Of a stretch of DNA of 64,000 bases, positions 48,148 through 57,759 are shown piece by piece. The notes beneath the pieces are model-generated. The model searched no databases, was not told where the DNA came from, and saw only the letters and a list, made by a program, of their open reading frames with translations. Made by a program: the position numbers and the translations under genes. This DNA is from a virus, in the IMG/VR virus record IMGVR_UViG_3300028844_005363, positions 1 through 64,000 of that record. One strand, written 5' to 3'. Numbering within the stretch: the first letter of the stretch is position 1; every line of letters starts with the position of its first letter.

Positions 48148-48555
48148 ATGAAAAATAAATACGAAGCACTAGCAAACCATCTAGCAAATAACTTAGATAA
48201 TAAAGTAGGTATTTGTCAAAATATCCATAAACATACTAGTGATGTTGAGTTACACAATAGATTTAAACTTTCAGCTCAGCTTGTAGGTAAACCACACTTC
48301 TCAGGTGATTATGCATATCCAGTTGCTTCACCTGATGGTGAACACAGGGTAGCGTTTTATACAACACTATGTAAGGAAGAAGGTATGTATAGTAATGAAG
48401 ATAGCTATGGTATTAGTCGTAATATTATACTTAATAAATTCATTACAGATTTACTTGTTACCTCTGTTGATTATGAAGCAAGAAAATTCAGAAAACGTAT
48501 TGTATTAGGACTAACCGCAATTGTGGTAGCCACAGTAATCTCATATTTAATTTAG
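48148..48555 (+). CDS. Family A paralogue with C-terminal TM
   Basis: MKNKYE, GICQ, YPV, YGISR. Confidence 0.75.
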   Translation: MKNKYEALANHLANNLDNKVGICQNIHKHTSDVELHNRFKLSAQLVGKPHFSGDYAYPVASPDGEHRVAFYTTLCKEEGMYSNEDSYGISRNIILNKFITDLLVTSVDYEARKFRKRIVLGLTAIVVATVISYLI

Positions 48556-48563
48556 GGATATTT

Positions 48564-48827
48564 ATGGAACAGTTTATAGCACTATTGGTTAGCCTACATA
48601 ACCAAGCAAAGAAGCAAGATTTACCGGTATATGCACAGAATCGTAATATTAAGAATCTTGTTCATTACATGTATATTCAGGGTGTTATCCCTATGGCTGT
48701 GCACAAGAAATGTATTGCTTACCTTAAACCATTTGATGAAGTCATTGAAGTTAATGACCCTTGGGCATACCGTGAGTATGAAGCTAACCGTAAGCTTGCT
48801 TATGAACTACTAATCGTGGTGCATTGA
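48564..48827 (+). CDS. Hypothetical protein
   Basis: ORF track, operon spacing. Confidence 0.65.
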   Translation: MEQFIALLVSLHNQAKKQDLPVYAQNRNIKNLVHYMYIQGVIPMAVHKKCIAYLKPFDEVIEVNDPWAYREYEANRKLAYELLIVVH

Positions 48828-48828
48828 T

Positions 48829-49035
48829 ATGAGATATTCGTTACTACTATCAGCATTATCATTAAGCCTGCGCTCAGTAAGCTCACCACCTACATTTGTA
48901 GAACCCTATGCTGCGATAAACGTTAAAGCTGCTCGTAATCATAGTGATGCACTAAAACCTACTAAAGCAGGTACTTCTGCGGCTACACAAAAGCGTGCTA
49001 AAAAGAAGCGTAAGAACAAACGTAAGCGACGCTAA
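48829..49035 (+). CDS. Small protein with highly basic tail
   Basis: AATQKRAKKKRKNKRKRR. Confidence 0.6.
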   Translation: MRYSLLLSALSLSLRSVSSPPTFVEPYAAINVKAARNHSDALKPTKAGTSAATQKRAKKKRKNKRKRR

Positions 49036-49117
49036 TCCTTTAATGCTGTAATGCCATGACTTTACATAGTTATGCTTACAGCATCCCTTACACAAGCAAT
49101 TTGAGGTGACTAAGTAA

Positions 49118-49402
49118 ATGACCCAAGCAATAAAGAATATTCTGCGCAGCAGAACAGTTGGTGAGTATGGCACTAATAAATTAGGTGACCTGATGAGAAC
49201 TTTAGATACTCATTTTAAAGAACATATATTTATAGATATTGAGCATGATGAGTTTGTTAAAGATAACCCAGATGTGACTATTAAAGACTTATTAGTAGCA
49301 GCTACTTTACGTGGGCATCACGTAGTTCACTACGCTACCAAGTCTCGTATTTGGTTAACTAAAGCCGTGTCTGAACTAGTCATGGATATGACAAGCATCT
49401 AA
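49118..49402 (+). CDS. Hypothetical protein
   Basis: SD GAGG. Confidence 0.65.
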   Translation: MTQAIKNILRSRTVGEYGTNKLGDLMRTLDTHFKEHIFIDIEHDEFVKDNPDVTIKDLLVAATLRGHHVVHYATKSRIWLTKAVSELVMDMTSI

Positions 49403-49466
49403 TCATCATGAGGTGACTGCATTGCAAGCAAACGCAGTGCAGCGCCAGCAATAAGCAGGAACCGAA

Positions 49467-49676
49467 ATGAATAAACTCAAAACAGTATGTGGCTTACTAG
49501 TACCAGTGCTAATAACCCTAGTTTTAGGGTTCTTCGCGCTAGGCAGTACAGTAGCAATGATTTATACAGGTGAAATTATACCTGTGTATATTCCATTAAA
49601 TATATTGATGGCAATCGTCATATGGATGATTTGGCACTCATATATTCAACTTAAAAAATCAACAGGAAGTAAGTAA
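49467..49676 (+). CDS. Two-TM membrane protein
   Basis: Hydrophobic helices; SD AGGA. Confidence 0.65.
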   Translation: MNKLKTVCGLLVPVLITLVLGFFALGSTVAMIYTGEIIPVYIPLNILMAIVIWMIWHSYIQLKKSTGSK

Positions 49677-49879
49677 TGAGAATAAAATCAGATATATGTC
49701 TAGGCATGATTGTAGGTGCACTAATGGTTATATTGTTAGGTGCTGTTGTGCAGACAGTTCAGCAACAAAATGAGTATGCTGAAGCAGCGGATGAGTGCGT
49801 ACAAAAGTTAATTAGTGATGGTGTTCCTCGTAATAACATCATGACATTGAAAGGCAAATGCTACTTGGGAGCAGAGTAA
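49676..49879 (+). CDS. Membrane-anchored small protein
   Basis: N-terminal TM; CVQKLISDGVPRNNI...GKC. Confidence 0.65.
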   Translation: MRIKSDICLGMIVGALMVILLGAVVQTVQQQNEYAEAADECVQKLISDGVPRNNIMTLKGKCYLGAE

Positions 49880-49880
49880 T

Positions 49881-50051
49881 ATGTATACGATAGCAATTAA
49901 AAAACATAGTGATGGTTCAGTACTTAAAACAATCGGTAGTTCAGCAACACAACGTGGTCTTCAACGTACCGAGAATGGTGTGAACATTAATTTAAACCAT
50001 GAGGAATACTACACTGAGATTGTAGATAAGGATGATATTGAAAGTGAATAA
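49881..50051 (+). CDS. 56-aa hypothetical protein (not in ORF track)
   Basis: Translated by hand: MYTIAIKKHSDGSVLKTIG...RTENGVNINLNHEEYYTEIVDKDDIESE*; fills the operon gap. Confidence 0.6.
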   Translation: MYTIAIKKHSDGSVLKTIGSSATQRGLQRTENGVNINLNHEEYYTEIVDKDDIESE

Positions 50052-50388
50052 TTGGAACCAACGTATTCTGATAGGTAAAGTCGGTAAAGAACTTACTGGC
50101 TTTAAGAATATCAGAATTGATAGAGCTACAGCATTGGGTAATCCTTATGTGCTGTACCGTCCAGAGGACAGAGAGGGTGTATGTGAATCTTACAAACACT
50201 TCTTAGACCATGAGCTTGATAAGCAAGAGAATCAGCCTCTATTGGAACTGTTCGAGCATATCTTTGATTTGGTATGTGATGGTCACGTAGTTAACCTACA
50301 GTGCCATTGTACGCCGTTACAGTGCCACGGTGAGGTTATAAGAGATAAGTTAATTCATTATCTTGAGCTTCATGAAGTAGAATTTTAA
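50032..50388 (+). CDS. DUF4326-like protein
   Basis: IDRATALGNPY, REGVCESY, LQCHCTPLQCHGEVI. Confidence 0.8.
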   Translation: MILKVNNWNQRILIGKVGKELTGFKNIRIDRATALGNPYVLYRPEDREGVCESYKHFLDHELDKQENQPLLELFEHIFDLVCDGHVVNLQCHCTPLQCHGEVIRDKLIHYLELHEVEF

Positions 50389-50389
50389 G

Positions 50390-50415
50390 CACCCTTCGGG
50401 GTGTTTTATTTTTTT
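50390..50415 (+). terminator. Terminator
   Basis: CACCC-TTCG-GGGTG followed by T run. Confidence 0.85.
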
Positions 50416-50480
50416 AAGCCAAATAAAACACACGAGAACTGTATCACCTCCGCTAATCATCTTCTGCGCGCGCTGATTAA

Positions 50481-50491
50481 GTGCTTCGCAC
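50481..50491 (+). promoter_or_regulatory. vRNAP hairpin promoter 5 (gp2 / RNAP II operon)
   Basis: GTGC-TTC-GCAC. Confidence 0.85.
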
Positions 50492-50545
50492 ATGTGGTGG
50501 GAATAATCCCTTTATTTAAAAACCAACCACCATTGGAGATATATC

Positions 50546-50806
50546 ATGGCTTTAACAAAGACTAAGAAAACTGCTGCTAAAAACGATAACTTTGAACAGG
50601 CTGATGCGTTCATGAATTTAGAGTTAGTCGATAAGCACAACAAACGTCACAGCATTTCTAAAGGCTTACCACTTCATATTAAGAATTGGTTAATGGCTCA
50701 AATGATTACTGCTGCTGGCGAAGACCCAGATTTAGAGTTCAACCTTGTAGGTAAAATTACAATTGTTGTTCCTGATGCTGAGCGTGAGCAAATTGCTTTC
50801 ACGTAA
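50546..50806 (+). CDS. N4 gp2-like ssDNA-binding activator of RNAP II
   Basis: QADAFMNL...ISKGLPL; directly before the RNAP II genes. Confidence 0.65.
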   Translation: MALTKTKKTAAKNDNFEQADAFMNLELVDKHNKRHSISKGLPLHIKNWLMAQMITAAGEDPDLEFNLVGKITIVVPDAEREQIAFT

Positions 50807-50826
50807 TTTGTTAGATTGTTAAATTT

Positions 50827-50859
50827 GGGTAAGCATTCGTGCTTACCCTTAATTTTTTT
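50827..50859 (+). terminator. Terminator
   Basis: GGGTAAGCA-TTCG-TGCTTACCC followed by a T-rich tail. Confidence 0.75.
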
Positions 50860-50879
50860 GGTACATAGAGGATACCCGA

Positions 50880-51806
50880 ATGTCAGATGAATTAATGTTA
50901 CAACAGGTGATGATAGAGCGTACTCACAACCGCCGTGAGATAGGTAATATCATTCGTAATGAGATTATTGGCTCATACAATGAAGGTGACTTCACACCAC
51001 TGGATACAGCCATAGAATTGTTAGAGGAATGGTTGTGGTTAGATGACCATGGTTACAAATCTAAGAATGATAGAGTTAGGGCTTTAAGAGCTGATCCAGA
51101 TTTCAGTGCTGAAGAAGTAATACTTAATATTCTTACATGTTTATTGAGTTCACCAACAGCATCTACCATTCAAAATGTAGCTGCTTATGCTGCGTCAACA
51201 TTCGACCTTGGTGATATTTATAATAACATTAAGACTGCTTCAGAAATGATAGCTGTGATGGTTGATGCAGACCTGTATGACATTATTCTACCTAAGAATA
51301 GTGAGACTGGTTCATTGATGGTAGAAGCTAACTTTCAGCTAACTGAAGATGTCATTAGTGATATTGCTATGCGTCATTATTTACCACCAATGTTAGTTAA
51401 ACCAAACAGAGTAACTAACAATTTTGATTGTGGTTACATGACTGTTCGAGAGCATTTAGTTCTTAAAGCGCATAACTCAGATAACGTAGCACCGTTAAAT
51501 TATGAAGCCATAAACATTACTAATGCTATCCCTTTAAGCCTTGATACTCATATGCTTCAGTGGAAAGAAGAGATTACCGAGAAGCACGATACGATGGCTA
51601 AGATACTTAACTTCGAGCGTATGGCTAAAGCTTCAAGAAGAGTATATGACCTGATGCTTCGTAACGGTAATAAGTTCTACGCGCCTAATAGATATTGCGC
51701 TCGCGGACGTATGCACATGCAGGGATACCACATCAATCTGCAGAGTAATAAATACAAGCGCTCGTTAATTAATCTTAATAAAAAAGTCTTAATTGGAGGT
51801 ATCTAG
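50880..51806 (+). CDS. RNA polymerase II subunit 1, N4 gp15-like
   Basis: YLPPMLVKP, GYMT, RGRMHMQGYHINLQSNKYKRS. Confidence 0.88.
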   Translation: MSDELMLQQVMIERTHNRREIGNIIRNEIIGSYNEGDFTPLDTAIELLEEWLWLDDHGYKSKNDRVRALRADPDFSAEEVILNILTCLLSSPTASTIQNVAAYAASTFDLGDIYNNIKTASEMIAVMVDADLYDIILPKNSETGSLMVEANFQLTEDVISDIAMRHYLPPMLVKPNRVTNNFDCGYMTVREHLVLKAHNSDNVAPLNYEAINITNAIPLSLDTHMLQWKEEITEKHDTMAKILNFERMAKASRRVYDLMLRNGNKFYAPNRYCARGRMHMQGYHINLQSNKYKRSLINLNKKVLIGGI

Positions 51807-52267
51807 TGCAAAGTCGTATGCATACTAAGAATCACCCGCATCCTACAGTGTTAGAGGTGATCCGTATTCGTAAGAATAAGCAAGCTATTTGGGATAGCTT
51901 GTTAGGTGATAAGTCTCCCACCACCTTTGGTGACTTGGTTGAGAGAAATGGTTGGAACCAACTAACGGCTATGAGAGGTGGTGGTAAGTCAGTATTTGCT
52001 GGTTTGTATGGTAAAGCCTTAAACAATGACTTCTCTCCGGACTTCGCAAAATTAGAAGCTATGGCAGCAGCCCATCAAGTCAAAATGCTTGATACATTTG
52101 GTTTGCTTAGTGATAACCATATTTATAATCCTAGTGAAGATTATAAAAATCCAGCACATCAATGGGGTATCCATGATGAGTACCATCCAAAGAAGATTAG
52201 AACCCTTGGGCATCAAGGGATACTACATAACTATGACTTCCCCGTAATTACAGTGAGAAACCCATGA
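51806..52267 (+). CDS. Hypothetical protein between RNAP II subunits
   Basis: GTG start with SD GGAGG; contains RGGGKS. Confidence 0.6.
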   Translation: MQSRMHTKNHPHPTVLEVIRIRKNKQAIWDSLLGDKSPTTFGDLVERNGWNQLTAMRGGGKSVFAGLYGKALNNDFSPDFAKLEAMAAAHQVKMLDTFGLLSDNHIYNPSEDYKNPAHQWGIHDEYHPKKIRTLGHQGILHNYDFPVITVRNP

Positions 52268-52494
52268 GCAGAGCAGAAAAGCGTAGATACGAGCGTCAAC
52301 GTAAACTTGAAGTAGCTAGGAACGAAAAGCTTATTATGGAAAGTTTAACGGGTGAAGATTCGGATGATCATAGAAATATTGGTTGGGATATGCCATTCAC
52401 ATTCGATGAAACTCCGCGACGTAACATTACTAAAGCCAGAGGTGGTATTACCAAACAAGGTAAAACTAAATACCCAATTCGTAAGAAACTTTAA
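52264..52494 (+). CDS. Basic hypothetical protein
   Basis: ATGA overlap; MSRAEKRR. Confidence 0.6.
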   Translation: MSRAEKRRYERQRKLEVARNEKLIMESLTGEDSDDHRNIGWDMPFTFDETPRRNITKARGGITKQGKTKYPIRKKL

Positions 52495-52521
52495 TTAACT
52501 TCAATGTAGAGGATTGAACTA

Positions 52522-53508
52522 ATGGAACAATACACGCCGTACGAGTACCTGAAAATAGATGTTTGTAACAACTTCGGCTTGGATAAATTGTTATGGAGCC
52601 AGCGCATACAATGGTTCAATGATAATGAAGCCAACTTATATGACTTGGTAGAACAGTCTGATAATAGTTGGGGTTTCATCAAAGCATTGAACGCGGTTGA
52701 AGATGCTAAAGCACATAAACCTACCGGTCATATTATGGGGCTAGATGCCACAGCGTCAGGACCACAAATCATAGCGTGTCTTACTGGCTGCATAACATCA
52801 GCTAGACAGGTGAACTTAGTCAATACAGGTAAGCGTGAAGATGCATACCTAAACATGACTACTCACATGGATGATAAGTTTGGTTTGCAAATAGAACGGG
52901 ATGATATTAAGCCAGCACTAATGACTACATTCTACGCGTCTACAGCTAAGCCAAAGGAAATATTCGGTAAAGATACACCTGAGCTAGCAGCATTCTATGA
53001 TGCATTAGAAGCTAAGTTTCCGGGCTGTGTAGAGTACCTGAGTGACGTTCAAAGCTTATGGAACCCAGAAGCCTTAGAATACAGTTTCACGTTACCTGAT
53101 GGTCATGTGGCGCGCTTCAAGGTCATGGAAACCATGGAAGCTAGAATTGAAGTAGGTGAGATTAAATCATCATTTACGTACCAAACCAAAGTTAATGCAG
53201 CTATGGATTTTGGCTTATCGTTACAAGCTAATATCGTACAAGCTATTGATGGTTGGATTGACCGTGAAATGAAGATACGTGCATACAAGCAAGGTTGGGA
53301 AGTCATATCAATATTTGATGATTGGCGAGCCAGTCCTAATAATATGCAACAGCTTCGTCAGAACTATGTAGACATACTTTGTGAGCTTGCTGATATGGAT
53401 ATACTTTCAAGTATATTAAGTGAGATTGCAGGTGAAGATATAGTGTTCGAAAAGCTAAGTGATAATCTATCAGATTACATTAAAGATGCTGAATATCCAT
53501 TGAGTTAA
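52522..53508 (+). CDS. RNA polymerase II subunit 2, N4 gp16-like
   Basis: YLKIDVCNNFGLDK, motif A GLDATASG, motif B RDDIKPALMTTFY, ANIVQAIDG, motif C SIFDD. Confidence 0.92.
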   Translation: MEQYTPYEYLKIDVCNNFGLDKLLWSQRIQWFNDNEANLYDLVEQSDNSWGFIKALNAVEDAKAHKPTGHIMGLDATASGPQIIACLTGCITSARQVNLVNTGKREDAYLNMTTHMDDKFGLQIERDDIKPALMTTFYASTAKPKEIFGKDTPELAAFYDALEAKFPGCVEYLSDVQSLWNPEALEYSFTLPDGHVARFKVMETMEARIEVGEIKSSFTYQTKVNAAMDFGLSLQANIVQAIDGWIDREMKIRAYKQGWEVISIFDDWRASPNNMQQLRQNYVDILCELADMDILSSILSEIAGEDIVFEKLSDNLSDYIKDAEYPLS

Positions 53509-53680
53509 AAGATACTAACCTAGGGGAGGTGCACTACGTGCACTTTGCTTGGGTTAGTTAACTTTTTTTCTACTAGAACTCACCGATTAAATTGGTAAGA
53601 ATTTTAGGGAAAAAGATAGTAAATTGAAAATCTAACTATCTATAAACTAACTTTTAAAATCATACCCTTTTTGACTGTTC

Positions 53681-53723
53681 ATACCCTATAAGATGCCTCT
53701 ATCATTTTATAGGGTATTTTTTT
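53681..53723 (+). terminator. Terminator-like hairpin
   Basis: ATACCCTATAAGATG/CATTTTATAGGGTAT followed by T run. Confidence 0.65.
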
Positions 53724-53736
53724 ATTAGGAATACAA

Positions 53737-54555
53737 ATGAAATCAGTATTAGATACACAATTTAAGATAGTACCGGAAGCAGGCGAACCAACTAAGTTAA
53801 AGTTTGACCCAATTCAGTTATATCATATGTGTGAATTACAGGATGAAGCTAATACAGCTATGTCATCTTCAGCGTGGCGTGATAGTACAGATGATTCTTT
53901 ATGGTATTACCGTGCGATCAACAATGAGCTAGCAGAGCTTGCTACTCACATTGGTATCAAATGGTGGAAGAACGAGCATCCTACAGATGAAATCGAAAAA
54001 GCAGCTTTTGCCCAGGCACGTATGGAAGTAGTAGATATTCTGCACTTTGCTTTGTCTTACGTAATTCGTGATATTCATAAGAAAGTACAAGAACCATTGT
54101 ACGACACGATTGTACAAATGCCAGCATTACAGTACCCAGTCCTCATTCCATTAGGTCGCTTTGCAGGTAACGATGCAGCAATGCTAAATACTACTTATGA
54201 CACGGTTACTATCAACGATTTTGTTGAACAGTGCCAATTCGTAACGCTAGCGAATGCAGGCTTACCACTAAACTACCTGCTTGTATTGGCTGAGATGCTT
54301 GGTTTCACAGCACAAGAACTCTACGTGACTTATATAGGTAAGAATATACTTAACAAGTTCCGTACTGCTAACGGTCAGCGTGATGGTTCATACTTGAAAA
54401 TTTGGAACGGTATTGAAGATAACGAATACTTATCATCATTCCTGAATAACCATTTTGAAACTAATGATCAACCAACAGGTATTGATGATGTTATGGATTA
54501 CCTAACAGGTGTTTATGCAAACCATGTAGACCAAGGTACCGCTACTCGCGGTTAA
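53737..54555 (+). CDS. Dimeric (all-alpha) dUTPase
   Basis: ELAE..KWWK, EVVDILHFALS, YIGKNILNKFR..GSYLKIWNGIEDNE. Confidence 0.85.
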   Translation: MKSVLDTQFKIVPEAGEPTKLKFDPIQLYHMCELQDEANTAMSSSAWRDSTDDSLWYYRAINNELAELATHIGIKWWKNEHPTDEIEKAAFAQARMEVVDILHFALSYVIRDIHKKVQEPLYDTIVQMPALQYPVLIPLGRFAGNDAAMLNTTYDTVTINDFVEQCQFVTLANAGLPLNYLLVLAEMLGFTAQELYVTYIGKNILNKFRTANGQRDGSYLKIWNGIEDNEYLSSFLNNHFETNDQPTGIDDVMDYLTGVYANHVDQGTATRG

Positions 54556-54563
54556 GGAAGTAT

Positions 54564-55034
54564 ATGTTTAAGTTTATTAGAAAGCTGTTCAGAAAGAAGC
54601 ATAAATTTACAGGTACTCGTTTTACAAAGCGCCGTGTTGTATGCCCTTCAAAAGGTGATGCGTATTTGTTGTACTACAACAGAAATCTGGATTTATGGTT
54701 CACTTACGCAGAACTTTCAGATTACTACACCGCAGCGCAGTTGACTAAGTACACGGTACTTTCCCCTAGTGAAGATACAGAAACATCAGATGATGCTGCA
54801 TGGTTTAAGCATGGTTGGCAAGATAACCACGAAGTGACTGACCCTGCTCTTAGATCTGAAGGATACACTCACGATGTAAGTCCTACTAGAAGGTTCAATA
54901 GAGATCAGTACCACAGCAGCCATGATAATAGCAGTAATGTTGGTATCTCTGATAGCGGTAGTTACAGTTCGTCTAGTGACAGCAGTAGTAGTAGTTGTTC
55001 TGGTGGTGGATTTTCAGGAGGTGGTTGCGATTAA
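54564..55034 (+). CDS. Hypothetical protein with Ser/Gly-rich tail
   Basis: Ends SDSSSSSCSGGGFSGGGCD. Confidence 0.7.
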   Translation: MFKFIRKLFRKKHKFTGTRFTKRRVVCPSKGDAYLLYYNRNLDLWFTYAELSDYYTAAQLTKYTVLSPSEDTETSDDAAWFKHGWQDNHEVTDPALRSEGYTHDVSPTRRFNRDQYHSSHDNSSNVGISDSGSYSSSSDSSSSSCSGGGFSGGGCD

Positions 55035-55098
55035 GTAATAATAGTAGGGCGCGGTTCCGCGCTCTATTCCCAATTTTTTATTCACCATAGGAATAAAT

Positions 55099-55341
55099 AT
55101 GAGCCAAATTTCATATACTCAATGGCTTGCAGAGAACTCTTATCGTGCAGACGAGATGGTCTCTGAAGCTCAAGTTATTTCAACAGGCACAGTTAAAGAA
55201 AAAATCGAAGAAATTATCAGCTATGAAGAAAAATCTGAAATTCTCTTTGAGATAGTAAAACCTCAAACTAGTAAAACGTTGCGTGAAATCACAGCTGCTG
55301 AATTACGTGAACTTGCCCTTAATTTTAAGGATGGTTTGTAA
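55099..55341 (+). CDS. Hypothetical protein
   Basis: SD AGGA. Confidence 0.7.
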   Translation: MSQISYTQWLAENSYRADEMVSEAQVISTGTVKEKIEEIISYEEKSEILFEIVKPQTSKTLREITAAELRELALNFKDGL

Positions 55342-55688
55342 TGATAGCGGTACACAGGCAAAAATTAATTCCTGGGCTTGCAATACCTTTAACTGGTGCT
55401 TTAGTTGCAGCTAGTGTTGCTTTTCGTACTCGCGACCCAATCAAGTTTGTCCTCCCAATTTTTGGTAACACAGTAGAAAAAGCAAACCAAAAGCGTATCG
55501 CTGAGAGTAATGAAGCTTGGACTGAAATATTCAAGTTCATTAATGAAAATTACTATCACGATAAGGAACATACTTACGTGATGCTGACAACCAAAATTTA
55601 TGGTAATCGTTCTGTAATTTTCGTAGAAATAGAAGACCCTCAAGAGGTGAGTAAAGATGAAAAGCTTAGAATACAAACAAAAGTATAA
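55341..55688 (+). CDS. Hypothetical protein
   Basis: TAATG coupling. Confidence 0.6.
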   Translation: MIAVHRQKLIPGLAIPLTGALVAASVAFRTRDPIKFVLPIFGNTVEKANQKRIAESNEAWTEIFKFINENYYHDKEHTYVMLTTKIYGNRSVIFVEIEDPQEVSKDEKLRIQTKV

Positions 55689-55745
55689 TGCTTTGATTGA
55701 TGAATTACATGGCGCACTTGTCATTAATTCTAAGGGTGGTTTGTA

Positions 55746-56129
55746 ATGAGAGTACAAAACCACTTAGCACAGTTAGCTGGTAAGCAGATAAACCAACTGT
55801 GCAAAAACACTGATGAAGCTAAGGCACTCGCTGTTACAGTCCTTATGGATTTGATGAACCTATCAAATCAAGAAGAGCTTCATTTGTCAGTTGGTCCACT
55901 AAAATTTTCAATCATTGTTGAAGAGTCAGACGTCGGACTTGATTTAAAAGAACGTGACCTCCAAGGCGACACTACTTACGTAGATAAAGTCACTGAAGGG
56001 ATGCAAAAATTTGGCATGCCGGTAACGTTTCATGAGCCACCAGCACCTACAGTAGATTTCAAACAAAAGTACTCTGCCTTAGTTGCTGAGTTACGTGGCG
56101 CACTTGCAGAGCTTGCAGCGAAGATTTAG
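55746..56129 (+). CDS. Hypothetical protein
   Basis: ORF track. Confidence 0.65.
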   Translation: MRVQNHLAQLAGKQINQLCKNTDEAKALAVTVLMDLMNLSNQEELHLSVGPLKFSIIVEESDVGLDLKERDLQGDTTYVDKVTEGMQKFGMPVTFHEPPAPTVDFKQKYSALVAELRGALAELAAKI

Positions 56130-56162
56130 CTTTTGAAATCACGCAAATATTGGAGAACCAAA

Positions 56163-56501
56163 ATGACTAAAAAAGTGTTAGTAGAAATGCTTGCTTCAGA
56201 CCTGCATTTACTAGGCGAGCATCGTGTTGTTAGTACTGATGTATGTTTACTTGAAGTACTTAACCAAAACATAACTCACTTTGATGAGTTGTCTGATTAT
56301 GAGCAATCACAAGTAGTTGAAGATTGTGCCGAATCAATTAAAGAAGATGCTTCAGGTATTTTCACAGAAATTTACTTAGGGCGTTGTCCTCAAAAAGATA
56401 CCCGTACATACACTCTTTTAGACCATGGAGTGTACTACGAAGGTAACTACATTGAAGACGGTGATGTACTTACAATTGATGTTTATAAGGACTCCGTGTA
56501 A
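56163..56501 (+). CDS. Hypothetical protein
   Basis: SD GGAG before ATG 56163. Confidence 0.65.
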   Translation: MTKKVLVEMLASDLHLLGEHRVVSTDVCLLEVLNQNITHFDELSDYEQSQVVEDCAESIKEDASGIFTEIYLGRCPQKDTRTYTLLDHGVYYEGNYIEDGDVLTIDVYKDSV

Positions 56502-56944
56502 TGAATAATGTAAATTTTAGTGAATTGACTGATGCACAACTAGCTGTTGTGTTGGAAGCCATACGCCGCACTATAAAGCAAGGTAAACCAGCTTTCTCTA
56601 CTGTTGTAGGTGATTGTGTATACCGCACTCCTGAAGGCTTACGTTGTGCTGTAGGCTCTATTATTGAAAACAAACTCTGCACTCCTGCTATAGAGAAAAG
56701 AAGTATCAATGTAGGGGTAGTACAAAGAGCAGTATTCGCTAGCTTCCCTGGTGTTGATTTAGATAATCCAGCGTTTATTAGTATCATGGCAACTGTTCAG
56801 ACCGCGCATGATCAGGTAGCGACAGCAGATGATGATGAAACAGATTTTCGAGAAGCTTTTGTTACTCGATTGAGCGCCACATTCCCCTCAGTGGTTATGT
56901 CAATAATCCGTGGATATGTGGATTTTTATAAATCAAAAGACTAA
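56501..56944 (+). CDS. Conserved-type phage protein (CxYR...CAVG motif)
   Basis: CVYRTPEGLRCAVGSII, QTAHD. Confidence 0.7.
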   Translation: MNNVNFSELTDAQLAVVLEAIRRTIKQGKPAFSTVVGDCVYRTPEGLRCAVGSIIENKLCTPAIEKRSINVGVVQRAVFASFPGVDLDNPAFISIMATVQTAHDQVATADDDETDFREAFVTRLSATFPSVVMSIIRGYVDFYKSKD

Positions 56945-56952
56945 GGAAAATA

Positions 56953-57759
56953 ATGTCTATACATGCAGACTATTTCTTTAAAGATTCAGAGCAAATGGTA
57001 TTAGCTGTTGATGTAGTAATTCGCCGACAGAATCTCACTAGTTTTTGGTGTGATACTACCTTAAACTCTATAACAGGTTTAGAGTTTAAGATAGACGCTT
57101 CAGATGTTTACACTAAAGAGTTGCTTAAATCTACAGGCGCTTGGCTAGATGTACGTAAGAGTCCATGGGCAGTTTTAGATGGACCAATGCATTTGAAGAA
57201 TCTTGTAAGTAATGACCCAAAATCAAGTTACAAAACAATCTATTTACGTGATAGTGACCTTCACTATTTACATGCAAATGGTTTGGTAGAATCAGACACC
57301 ATAGCAGCACCTACTCTACCCCCAGAACCTTTACCGTCTACTACTACTACACCAGTAAAATTAACAGGAAATAAAATGACTACATCACTTAAGCAAACAG
57401 CAGCAGCAACACTTGAATCAAACAAAGCAGGCGGCATCCTTGCCCTTAAAGTTGCGGTAGGTAAAGCAGCAAATCGTACAGCAGTTCGTGCAATCAAAGG
57501 TAAGCTACCAATGATGGCTCGCGGTTATGCTGACACTCCATTAGGCGCACTAGTTGTAGCTAACTTGGCTCAGGTAGCAGTACACCAGTTTGCAAGTACC
57601 AATCTTAAAGCAGCTACGGTTGCTGATGCAATGGTACAGGCAGCAATGCTTGACGTAGTAAACATGATTGATATTGATACTCTTATGGATGGTATTCTCG
57701 ATAAAGTTAGCGATACTAAAATCGACGACTTAATCAAGGCTACTGAAGAGTCTAAGTAA
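56953..57759 (+). CDS. Two-domain hypothetical protein, possible internal start at 57376
   Basis: Pro/Thr linker; Ala-rich C-domain KLPMMARGYADTPLG. Confidence 0.7.
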   Translation: MSIHADYFFKDSEQMVLAVDVVIRRQNLTSFWCDTTLNSITGLEFKIDASDVYTKELLKSTGAWLDVRKSPWAVLDGPMHLKNLVSNDPKSSYKTIYLRDSDLHYLHANGLVESDTIAAPTLPPEPLPSTTTTPVKLTGNKMTTSLKQTAAATLESNKAGGILALKVAVGKAANRTAVRAIKGKLPMMARGYADTPLGALVVANLAQVAVHQFASTNLKAATVADAMVQAAMLDVVNMIDIDTLMDGILDKVSDTKIDDLIKATEESK

